Origin: Octopus vulgaris
Taxonomy: Eukaryota
Reading direction: 5' to 3'
Assembly: GCA_951406725.2 (NCBI GenBank)
Contig: OX597829.1
Coordinates: forward strand, 8,184,001 to 8,248,000
Length of the DNA stretch: 64,000 nt
The stretch's first letter is position 1; the number at the start of each line of letters is the position of its first letter. The notes beneath the pieces were generated by a model, which saw only the letters and a program-made list of their open reading frames with translations, did not search any database and had not been told where the DNA came from. The position numbers and the translations under genes are program-made. Below are positions 27,950-39,942 of the stretch, one piece after another.

Positions 27950-29060
27950 GACGAGATTAAATGGCTGGAACATCATTAAAGTCATAAATACATGTGCTAT
28001 GGCTATATTGAGACACTTTGCTCCTTTCTGAAAAGGACAAAGGTTGAGCTACAGAACTTGGGTAAAAGAACTAGAAAACTGTTGACAACTGTTCACAATG
28101 CACAACACACGCCACCAGTAATACCGACCGACTCTACCTATCAAGGAAAGGTGGCAGTGAATTTCTAAATGTAGAAAACACTTTTAGTACTGCGATAATG
28201 GGTCTGAAAAATTATGTTGTGCAGAGTAAAGAAGAAATATTATCGGCAGGCAGAAAAACCCCCAAAAGTGACTGAAACAATGTGAGAATTCTAAACGAAA
28301 AGTAAGAACAACAGAACAAAGAAATGGAACTATAAAGCCAATTCATGCAACAAATTGAGAATGTCAGAAATAAAGATCGCTGGCGAATTATAGCTGCTTA
28401 GAAAGAATCCCTTAGAACAAACTTGACGAAAGCAAAGAAGGACAAAACCCAGCAAATGTAGAATCTTCAAGAAAGGAGAGGAATGCATCAGTCATCTTCT
28501 GAGTGAGTGAAATGCACTAACACAAAAGGAGCATAAATGTAGACATAAATGTGTAGACAAAAGAGTGCATGTGGGTGTCAACCGAGTGTCAAAAGAAAAG
28601 TGGTCTGAATAGGAACCAAAGACTGTGGTAGAAAATGAGAATCATAAGATCTTGTGGGATTTCTCCATAAAGATTAAACATTCTATTGAAGCAAAAAGAC
28701 TGGATATGATTACAGAGAACAAAATAAACAAAACGGGCACGATCATAAATTCTGTAATTCCTTACGAAAGCAGAACCGGTACCTCAAGAAATTGAAACAA
28801 TTAAGAAATATCAGGGTGTAGCCAGAGAACTGAGGAAACTGTGGAAGACCAAGACAGCAATTATTCCTGTTGTAATTAGTGCACTTGACACAACACCCAA
28901 AATGCCCCATAAAAGACTGAAAGAAATAGGAACTGAAACTCACATTGTCGATCTGCAGAATCCCAAAAAGATTCTTGAGGTTTGATGACACTTGTCGTTA
29001 CCAAACAACAAGATAAAATACCTTCTAACTAAATTACTAAATTAGCATGCACATGCGAAA
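27950..29060 (+). mobile_element. R4/Dong-like (RLE-type) non-LTR retrotransposon 3' fragment, decayed
   Basis: Broken motifs IKVINTCA, DRLYLSRKGG, E..SHLLSE, ENENHKILWDFSI, EAKRLDMI, IIPVVISAL. Flanked by (AAT)n. Confidence 0.75.
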
Positions 29061-29188
29061 TAATAATAATAATAATAATAATAATGATAACAACAATAAT
29101 AATAATAATAATAACAATAATAATAATAATAATAATAATACAACAACAACAACAACAACAACAACAATAATAATAATAATAATAATAA

Positions 29189-29720
29189 GTACCAGGCAGG
29201 GGCTCTAATGGCTTCTGATCTTAACTGATTGGAAGTGTTATCCTGTACATTGTATTAAAGATGGGCTACAGCAAATATTCTGCTCAATACCACAGATTTG
29301 CTTGTCAGTTGTTTGACCGTAACCAGTTGAGCATGTCCCTTAGTGGCTGACGATATGTGCATCTCTGATCACGAGCAGAAGTAGTGGGGGAGCATCATAG
29401 CCATGTGTTGAGAGGGATTCTTTGGGGTTTTAATAATTCACCTCTGGAAGCATGGGTGGTTCTTTCAACATCCTTAAACAACCCTTATTCAGGGACCTTT
29501 CCAGTGGGATGGGTTACTCGACCTGAAGAAAATTCTAACTGGGCCCCACCTGCAAGGTTATGTGCTGTTTATCTTGATATGAGATAACCATGTCGTGCAC
29601 ATATGGTTGTGATGCATGTGCCTAGTGTACCCTTATCAGACGGGTAGTCATGATGGGTATACTGGGCTTCGTATATTTTACCCCAGTGTCACTTTGATGG
29701 CATGCTCTGCTCGCTCACTC
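29189..29720 (+). mobile_element. ~540-bp (AAT)n-tailed dispersed retro-element, copy 2
   Basis: Same sequence as copy 1, embedded in (AAT)n on both sides. Confidence 0.85.
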
Positions 29721-29758
<38 letters not shown>

Positions 29759-29762
29759 TAAA

Positions 29763-29899
<137 letters not shown>

Positions 29900-29934
29900 T
29901 GATGATGATGATGATAATAAATAATAATGCCATC

Positions 29935-30130
29935 TACTATAGGCACAAGGCCTGACATTTGGGAGAGAAGGATAATCGATTTTATCGACCCCAATGCGTA
30001 ACTGGTACTTAATTTATCAACCCCGAAAGGCAAAGTCGACCTCGGCGTAATTTGAACTCAGAACGTAGCGACGGGAAATACCGCTAATCATTTCATCCAA
30101 CGTGCTAACGATTCTGCCAGCTCGCCGCCC
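29935..30130 (-). mobile_element. SINE family B within (AAT)n
   Basis: Matches 12847-13081. Further minus-strand copies at 27675-27882, 40000-40165 and 60686-60897, and a decayed plus-strand copy at ~18735-18870. Confidence 0.85.
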
Positions 30131-30165
30131 TTATAATAATAATAGTAATGATGATGATGATGATG

Positions 30166-30246
<81 letters not shown>

Positions 30247-30514
30247 CCATCAATAATAATAATTATAATAATAATAATATTTTCTTTATTAACTATTGAA
30301 TGTCGAAGAGATACAGAAAAATAAAAAGTAACATTAGACAGTGGATTCACAAGGGTGTGGGGGTTAAGACGGAGAAGTTATATAAAGAAGTTGATAAGAA
30401 TGAAGGACATTGTACAATATGTCATTGGGTAAATTAAATATTTATAAAATACCAAAATTTATGTGGAAATTGCTGAAAATGTATGATAAAATACACAAGA
30501 ATTAAAACAAAATA

Positions 30515-31759
30515 TTAGGTTACAAAGAAGGACCTGTTGCATTTAAGATGAGAAAGAAGTAATACTTGTCTGATCTGAATTGATATGTTTCATCAAAATG
30601 ATATTTCTCTTCATTATTGATAATATAATCCCATAGTTGGCAAAATTGTTGATCCCTCAGTTGTACAATTCTTCAGGTATCGAAGCAAAGAGACGCTTAA
30701 TATCATTTTTAACCTCTTCACAATGAACAAACAGTTTTCCATCTAGATAATGTCGCAACAATCGGAAAAGATGATAGTTAGACAGAACAAAGTCAATGAA
30801 ATATGGAGGGCAAGGCAAAAATTCTACATTTAGTGTCATAATCTTTTCCTGACTGACTTGGGCAATATGTGGTCTTGCATTATTGTGTAAGAGCAACACT
30901 CATTTAGGATTGACCGATGATTGTTACTTTTCTCTATATTGTAGAACGCCTCCACTTGACGACAGTGCTTCCCCTCATTAACTGTTTTACTTTGATTTAT
31001 TACTTCACGATTGACAGCATCCTTCATATCCTACTAAAACACAGCATAATTATTTTAGATGTTGTCCTGTGTTGGGAATGGCTTCTCCTGTTTCATTGGA
31101 GGCTGACTATATTACCTTTTTCATTGGATGTGATTATAGAAAACCCACGTTTCATCACTTGTGATGACTCTACCCCGGAAAAGTTTGTTAGCAAGTCTAG
31201 TTTTCAATGACGAGAAGATGGTTACTCTTTAATTAAGTTGAGAAGCAGTCAGCTGATAAGAGACCCAGTGACCAAGTTTAGTCCCTTTTCCTAGTTCATG
31301 AAGGTGTTTTATGATCGAAGTGTGACTGTTTTGCTAATTCTCACGCAGTTTGTTTTGGATTTTCCGCAACTACAGCTTTCAGAAGCTCGACACTGGCAGA
31401 ACTTTATCGTCCATATCAGGGGAAATCTGCAAAAGAAAAATTTCCCTAGTGAAACCACCGTTGGCATGTCTGGAAACTGAAAGCTTCATTTCCGTTGGCA
31501 CAGCGAATATCTTTTGCTGCTTCCATTGCTAAAGAACCTTTTTCGAGTTCATACAGCATGATGTGTCTAATATGGATCTGATCTGAAATCATTTTAAAAG
31601 ATAAAATTGATACGAAGCTAATCACTGTAGTTTAAAGTAATGTGCAAAGAAAGAAGATGCACCATTAAAATGTAAAAATCAATGTTGATTTTACTGTATT
31701 GAAAGATACCTTCAAAGGAATCACGTCAAAAATGCAACACGGCTTTCTTTCACACCTAA
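30515..31759 (-). mobile_element. Full-length decayed mariner transposon (~1.25 kb)
   Basis: Imperfect TIRs ttaggttacaaagaaggacctgttgcattt / (rc) ttaggtgtgaaagaaagccgtgttgcattt with TA on both flanks (30513-14, 31760-61). Minus-strand LLLHNNARPH...PCPPYFIDFVLSNYHLF corresponds to mariner LHDNARPH / HPPYSPDLAPSDYHLF. Frameshifted. Confidence 0.92.
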
Positions 31760-33011
31760 TATTTTCATGTGTGTTTGTGAGGGTGTGTTGCTGTGCTTGT
31801 CCCTTTTTGGCTGACAACTTAGCAGTTCGTTAAGAGATCAATAGAATAAGTACTAGACTTCAAACAAAAACGGGGTCAAATTGATCAACACTTTAAACTA
31901 GTCCTCCATTATGGCTGCTGTTCATAGATTATATTCATGTATTTTGTAGTATGCCACTGTGTACCCTACTACCTATACACCATACATGTATGCACAAACA
32001 CATATATACGCTTTCAGACGCTCTAGTAACCTCAAATTCTCTTCTATCCTTTTGCCTGTCAAACACACACAAACACACACACACAAACACAAACACACAC
32101 ACTCACACAGACACACAGACACACATACACACACACGTTCCCTACAAACTCATGCTCCCTGCACAGCCATCGTCCCACACACGCACTTTTACACATGCTC
32201 ACAGTCACACATTAATACGCATGATGATTTCCCCCCCTCTCTTGTGTCTCTCCTTCTTCCTCTATTTCTCTTCAACTCTCACTCCCTTCATTCTCACTCC
32301 GTTCTTTTACTTTCATAAACTCACTGCTTTTTTAAAACTTGGGTAGTCTTTCTTTTCCTCTTTTCCTTCTCACTTCCACTCTTACCTTCCCTTTCTCCCA
32401 TTCGCTTTGCTTCTCATTTTCTTTTTGTATAGAGGTTCTAACACACATACACACACACACACATAAGCAAGATTCAGTTGAATTAGGTACTTAAATTGAG
32501 GCACCTCGCTAGGTCGGAACAATATACAGACACCACAACATTGTGTAAATATCGAACTTGTTACATAAGTACCGGCCGAATGATGTGCATGCAGTGTATG
32601 GAAACAATTAGACCCAGCTGAGTGAAGAGACCCGCTCTTGACCTGTTCAAACGTGTACATTATATTAAATACACAGTTCATAATATTTACGAAGGGTAGA
32701 TTTTGAGACAGGTGAATAAAATATAAATGAAACACAGTAGAGGTACACATGACAATCCATTACGGCCGTTTCTAATGATTCCTTTAATTGATTAATGAAG
32801 ACATTACATCATCATAAAGAAACCCTTTCTGTCAGAGGAATTCATGAACTTCAAAATAAAGGACAATTCAAAATGATTTAACATTGTTTAAAATCCATGG
32901 AGAAAAAATTTATAGTGATTCAGCCACTATTTCAGTTTCAGGATTCTGTCAACCAACCATACATACATACATACATACATACATACATACATACATACAT
33001 ACATACATACA

Positions 33012-33045
<34 letters not shown>

Positions 33046-33910
33046 CATACATATATATAGACCTTCCATCTATAAATGTTCTAATGTCTACACAGCCTTG
33101 GTTTTTTATCTTATTACGCAAAGAATTCTTATACATACATATATACATACATGGATTCATATATAAACACATACAAACAGGGATACATATATAGACGCAT
33201 ACATACACACGTGTATCAACGACCACGAAGTCGTGGATTTTGTTCTTTGATTAGACACTATGTCCTTCAGCAAGCACTTCGTTTCACATTCTTCTGGACA
33301 TCTTATAACATTTGGTCATAAGAAATTCTTTCTTTTTATTAACGCTTTATAACTTTTCTCAAATTCTATTATTCATAATTTCGTTCCTTCATTTCGAATT
33401 TTTGTATCCTGAATAAAATCGCCAAATGTGCATCGAAATTCGTTATTGTTCTTAAAATAATAGTTTTGTTGAATAATTTCTTCGTCTTTGGCATGTATAG
33501 GCATTTTGGCTCTACCTGTTGAGTGGTAAGAACTCCACGTTCGATGACAAAAGGTAAAAAAAAAAAGAAAAACCTTAACTTTTCTATTAGAAATAAAAGG
33601 TTTACTTACTTCGAATACAGTTTGATGAATCTATGCATCTTTATGTATACAAGTATAGGTACATGTATGTATGACGTAATTACATATGTGTATGTAAGAG
33701 TGTGCGTACATATGTAGATGGGCATGCGTATATGCAAGTATATATGTATTTATACGAATACAAACGTTCATACATATAACAGTATACATACATACATACA
33801 TTCATGGACACATACATTCATGCATAGATACATACCTGCCTGCATATAAATATTAACTCACACATGTATAAATATATATGTACGTATGTATGTACGTATG
33901 TATCTATCTA

Positions 33911-34298
33911 CTAGCAGTATCGCCCGGCGTTGCCCGGGTTTGTTTCGACCCTTTAGAATTGAATTTTTGAAAAGTAAAAATGTTGCATTATGTAGCTTGT
34001 TATTCTCTTTAAGTGAACATTTTTCTGGTTGAAATACACGGAAAAATGGCGACACAGTAGTAAAAAAATCGTACAAAATAGGGATTTTCATAGAAAAAAA
34101 GCACCTTCTTGATGTAAATAATTTTTGGTGTTAACATGGTCCGATTTGAATTTTTTCTTCTACGGAGGGAAGAGCAAGCCTTCTATCATACTCTCAATTT
34201 TGATCAACTTGAGCCGCAGGGTCTCGTAGGAGATAGTGTTAGTTAAAGGCTATCAAACCTGCCATACATAGACAACTTCAGCTTTATATATATAGAGA
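33911..34298 (-). mobile_element. Non-autonomous Helitron
   Basis: On the minus strand: 5' TC(tctatatatataaagc), a 3' hairpin CCCG-ggcaacgc-CGGG, then gatactgCTAG; inserted between A and T. Confidence 0.75.
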
Positions 34299-34743
34299 TG
34301 TGTGTGTGTATGTTCTGATGTATGTATGCATGCTTGTACATATATATTTACATTTATATACAAAAAATAGTTTGTAAAGTATTTCATAAGCAAAACTGAA
34401 AATATTTTGTACGTTACGTATGTATATAAGTATACGCAAATATACATACATACTCAAATATTTATAGAGATCAGCTTTTGACACCAAAAAGGGTTTGTAT
34501 ATAATATGTAAGCAGAAATAGGTAAAGGAACGAAGTAGTTACAGCGTATATCAAAGAAAATAAGTAAAAAGTTTGTAAAAATACCCTTTTAGTACTCTAC
34601 TACAGGAATATAATTCAAGGATTTTTAAATACACGCTAAAATAGACACGTATGAACTTTTACAATAATTTCAGTTTACAAACGGACACGCATGCACACAC
34701 ACGCACACACACACACATGTGCATACATTATGCCCTCCATATA

Positions 34744-34780
<37 letters not shown>

Positions 34781-35099
34781 ATATATATATATATATATAT
34801 ATGTATGTGAATATTCACACACATACACACACACACACACACACATATATGTTGTTGTCCTAAGGAACGCCAGTTAGCATGATGTATGCATACCTTGCTC
34901 TTATTCGAGGCAGAGAGGGCGGAACTTTTAGCGCTCTGCAGTAGGGCCGATTTCTGGTATTTGTATAGCTAGCAATGCCAAAGTTTGGTGCCAGTCACTC
35001 CGCCCCGGGGATTTTTCTGATGTAGGTGACTGCACGTTATTCTCTTCATTCCGGGGGATATAGTATTAACGCTTTCAACCTCTGCCAATAACTCAGCTG

Positions 35100-36300
35100 G
35101 TGCTGAGAAGCAATCATCCTTGTGTAGGCTCTTTGGATTGCCTCCAATTCAGTAATGAATTTGGCACTCAATCACAGCTGGGAGCAATAATTTAGGCGAC
35201 GGAGAACGAATGTCATCCAGAGATTAGCTATGACATCTTATGCTCTTCTGATGAATGTTATTAGGTACTATATCTCAAATGTTTTACTGGATTTTGCCAT
35301 TTTTGTGCCACACGTATGGGAAAATGCTTCATTACTCATTACAATTCTCAGTTTTTGCGCAGCTTCTGACTGTGGTATTGCAATCTTTCCAGATATTATC
35401 TATCCAAATAGTCATGTGGTTGATAGCAAAGTATATGAAACCTCTCTTCATTACACTAGCAAATTTCTTTTGTAGCTTTTAGTATAATCGTAGATTCCGT
35501 TATCTTTGCTATCACAGTATCGTCAGTGAAACGAGAGTGGCCGGTTACGCTGACAATCGAGTATAATTCTGAAGAGCTGTGTTAACATTACTGATTCCAA
35601 GACAGTCCTTTATGATTCTTGACGCTGAATAGTTCATTCATTACATTAGGCACTTTTGGCTGCCACAATGTTTTGTTTTTACGATGTCATGCTCTCCATC
35701 ACCCTTATTTCTTCTGGGGTCATATGGTTTGTATCATCCTGTGATCAATTTTATTGAAAGCGTGTAGCGTTAGTCAATCAAGCCATTGACATGAATGGCC
35801 GAAGTCAGAGTTTTCTGTTTAACATTTGTCATCGTTCCAATCTGTCAGCCATACGTATTTCATCATCGATGACTTTAATTTTCTTTCGTCTGACACTTCG
35901 CTCTTTCTATAATTCTAATTCGCTTCTAACTGCTCTTGACAGTGTTATGAAAAGTTCTTTTTCCATCTCTCTTACACTCCCATGAAACTTTAAATACTCC
36001 CGTCCTATTTATTACATTTGTACCGTCACCTCTTGTAGTACTCTAATGATTTGGCCTGGACCTCAACTCAAGGTTACTGACCTTGTGTCTCCAACAACCT
36101 CGTATATTTTATAGCGTGTAAAATTATAATTCACTCTATGTGGGGTAAACTTATTCAGAGGAATGCTTTCACAGACACCAGCATGATGTTTGTAGTAACA
36201 CCCACACAGCAAAAATAACAACAACAACAACAAAAAAAACCCCATCTACAACACTGTATGCTGCCTCTTTAATCAGTGTAATCTCTGAGTGTGGAGTTAC
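35100..36300 (-). mobile_element. Very decayed RTE-clade LINE RT remnant
   Basis: Minus strand LID...AFNKIDHR and HSRFTDDTVI correspond to the FIDY.KAFD.V.H and LRFADDTV motifs. Boundaries approximate. Confidence 0.45.
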
Positions 36301-36564
36301 CTTACATCACAGTCATATCCTCGCTCGGAAAGGAGAAAAAAACCCCAATATTCACCTTAATCTGTTCTTCACGCACAAGCATTACAGAACGGTTGTTTTT
36401 CTCGTAACACGCGCGTTCAAGTGAGTGCGTAATGTGTGGTTATGTATTTATGTATGTATGTATGTATGTATGTATGTATGTATGTATGTATGTATGTATG
36501 TATGTATGTATGTATGTATGTATGTGGATGCATGTATGTATGTATGTATGTATTGTATGATCTG

Positions 36565-37145
36565 GCCGTCAGCGACTAAACCGGCAACCCCACCAAGCTT
36601 GCTTGTTGAGGAGGGTGTTTATTGGACACCCTGCGGGATGAAAAGCAAAACCCGTCAAAGGGCGGAGAAACTCTTGAGTGTCAACGGCCATCCAATAAAT
36701 GTCTTAAGGCTGTATCATGCGCGCGGACATAGAAATAATCGGACTGAATACTCGATCGCGCGGTTAAACCATTGGGAGTGAAGGACTCCTAGCCTTTGTT
36801 AGGGCAACATTCTAGGAAAATGTAACTCAGGTAACTGGGAAAACTCCGACATAAAACCTGCGACTCAGTGGTTACCGATGATGTTGATTTGTTCTTCTTT
36901 TCGGATTATGGCTGATGTTGCTTAGTGAGTGAGATTGACTCAGTACACAGCCTTTCCTCACTTTAAAAACTCTTCTTGCACAGGCATTGCACGATAACAA
37001 CATGATTGTTGATGGTGCTGTGAGTCTCAACTGAAGGGCTGGCTGTAGCCTTAAAAAGCAAATAAAAGTCACTTTCGATCACAGCACCAATAACAGTTAA
37101 GCTTCGTGCAATGACCATACTCGATAACAAGGGGGCAGCCATCAT
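36565..37145 (+). mobile_element. Non-autonomous repeat with an RTE-like 5' UTR segment, inserted in (TATG)n
   Basis: Unique GC-richer block containing ctagcctttgttagggcaacattctaggaaaatgtaactc...aaaactccgacataaaacc, which resembles RTE 5' UTRs. Confidence 0.45.
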
Positions 37146-37398
37146 ATATTTATGTATGTATGTATGTATGTGTGTGTATGTATGTATGTATGTATGTATG
37201 TATGTATGTATGTATGTATGTATGTATGTGTGTGTGTGTCTATGTATGTATGTATGTATGTATGTATGTATGTATGTGTGTGTGTGTATGTATGTATGTA
37301 TATATGTATGTATGTATGTACGTATGTATGTGTGTATGTATGTATGTATATATGTATGTATGTATGTATGTATGTGTGTGTGTATGTATGTATGTATG

Positions 37399-37429
<31 letters not shown>

Positions 37430-37436
37430 ATATGTA

Positions 37437-37806
37437 CTAGCAGTATCGCCCGGCGTTGCTCGGGTTTGTAAGGGAAATAACTATAAAGCATTTTTAGAGA
37501 GTTATAGCCAAAAAATGGAAAAAAAATGATGGTAAATTTCTTTTAGTTAAAAAGGTCGAGTTGCGTCCCCTAGACAGTCTGTGGTTTGTGTTTCATATTC
37601 TCGACCCCATGTCGAATTTATCGATTTTTTTCAGAACTGGGGGAACTTTTCAAAATTTTCGCTGCGTTAGTTTTGAATTATGACATTGGTCTATGTGTGT
37701 GTCAAGTTTCATCAGAATCGGTTGAAAGCCGTGGTCAGGGTGAGGGTACAACCTGACAGACACACAGAAACACACACAGACAAACTGCCGTTTATATATA
37801 GAGAGA
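37437..37806 (-). mobile_element. Non-autonomous Helitron (same 3' terminus as 33911, different body)
   Basis: ctagcagtatcgcccggcgttgctcgggtttg at the left end (rc: hairpin plus CTAG) and tttatatatagagaga at the right end (rc: 5' TC). Confidence 0.75.
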
Positions 37807-37826
37807 TGTATGTATGTATGTATGTA

Positions 37827-37888
<62 letters not shown>

Positions 37889-37992
37889 TGTATGTATGTA
37901 TGTATGTATGTGTGTATGTATGTATGTATGTATGTATGTATGTATGTATGTATGTATGTATGTATGTATGTATGTGTGTGTGTGTGTGTGTA

Positions 37993-38027
<35 letters not shown>

Positions 38028-38109
38028 ATGTATATGAGTATCTTCACGTGTGAATGTAACTCTTTCTGAATATGTATGTATACATGTACATATATGAAGG
38101 ATCTACGGC

Positions 38110-38330
38110 GCTTTTCAAACTAAAAGCTCATAAGGCCTGTTTCCCGGATTCTGTGGCGTATGCATATTCCCCGCTGAACGAGACGCTGGTCCATCGCCGA
38201 ACTACTCATTTTTGGCTGCTGAGTGGACTGGAACGGCATGAAAAGAAGTGTTTTGCTCAAGAACAGAACGCATCACCCGGCCAGGAATAGAAACCACAAA
38301 CTTGCGACCATGAGTGCAACATCCTAACAC
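38110..38330 (-). mobile_element. tRNA-derived SINE variant with a V-SINE-like gcgatggaccagcgtctcgttcagcgggg block
   Basis: The rc shows a tRNA-like head, a ttgagcaaaacactt core and the indicated block. Confidence 0.55.
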
Positions 38331-38351
38331 ACAGACACGCGCGCTCGCACG

Positions 38352-38410
<59 letters not shown>

Positions 38411-39418
38411 GACATACATACACGCGTATGCTCACAAATACATACATACATACACATATATATTTATAAGGTGGCTTCTACGCAGTTTCCGATTTCGGTT
38501 CCAAGGTACTGGTTGACGCGGATCATATAGCAGAAGAAATTTACCTAAGGTACCGTGTTATAGGATGGAATCTGAAAACATATGTTTGTAAAACAAGTTG
38601 TTAACCACACAAGTTATAAGGGTGGTTAACAGCCTGTAACTGTAGGTTTGTCTCCAAGTCTTTTAGACAATGAACTTACTCCCTGTTACATGTTTGTACT
38701 CTACGTTCCCTGCTATTCCCCCTTCCTCATCATGGTAGTCTACTACATATTTTTCCCATTCTCTACATACTTTTACAATTTCCAAATTTGCTGTTGATCC
38801 TAGTTTGTTATTTTTTCCACTTTAGTTGCCTTTTTTAAAAATAAGAACTTTAATGAAACCATTGCTCTTGCCATTGTGCCATTCTACTTTCTTTCACTTG
38901 TGTGGCCCTATTAACGTGTATACTCGTCCACTCTTTGACCCTCTGTCAATGTCTGTATACCCTCTTCCTTTCTCTTGACCAACTTTCTCTCTCTTTTGCT
39001 TCTTCGTCTTTCCCAAAAACAAAATGCAGAATATTCATTCAGCACTACAGAGAAGGAAGAGAGTTAGTTGTTAAAACGTTTTTATCATCACATACTGGAA
39101 CGTTAAATCTATTTATGAAATCAATCTGAACTTTTGTACCATAACATACATAAATACATACATACATACATACATACATATGCGTGTATGTATGAATGTA
39201 TGTGCGTTTGTTTGTATATATGTTGAGTTTGAGTTTGATCTGAGAACATAATCTTTTGTGGAGAATGACGATTTGACGTCTATATCTAGCATGTTGACTG
39301 TCCACTTTTCGTGTTCAGTCCTTAATTGGTATATATAAATATTTTAATCTTCGGATTCTTTTTTAATATGCTAGACCACTGGTCTTAATTGATAAATATC
39401 AATTTCTACCCTTAATTA

Positions 39419-39477
<59 letters not shown>

Positions 39478-39822
39478 ACATATATGCGTATACACACACA
39501 GACATGCACACACATACACATATTTTATATATTCACCCATACTTACATATAAAAATCTCTCTCTCTCTACGCACACACACACACATACATACACACACAC
39601 ACACACACACGCACACACACACATATATTGTTGTCTGGCGGGAGTAATTCTCTTTTAGTGCATCGCTCACCGGTTCGATTTCCGCTCATTTACTTATCTA
39701 TTTTTTCATAAATTTTCGTTGGGTCTTTGCAACCTCTTCAATAGCCGATTGTTGAAGATTATTGAAATATGCTTCAACACACGAATTCACATAACAAATC
39801 TTTCAAACCAAATACAAAAACG

Positions 39823-39860
<38 letters not shown>

Positions 39861-39905
39861 TGTGTATGTATGTGTATGTATATATATATATATATATATA
39901 TATAC

Positions 39906-39942
<37 letters not shown>

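Noticed and set aside
27014-29720. LTR-retrotransposon-like layout: two ~540-bp direct repeats around RT-related sequence
   Set aside because: No TG..CA ends, PBS or PPT; the repeats have (AAT)n tails and different 5' ends; the interior is a non-LTR fragment plus a SINE; a third solo copy exists.
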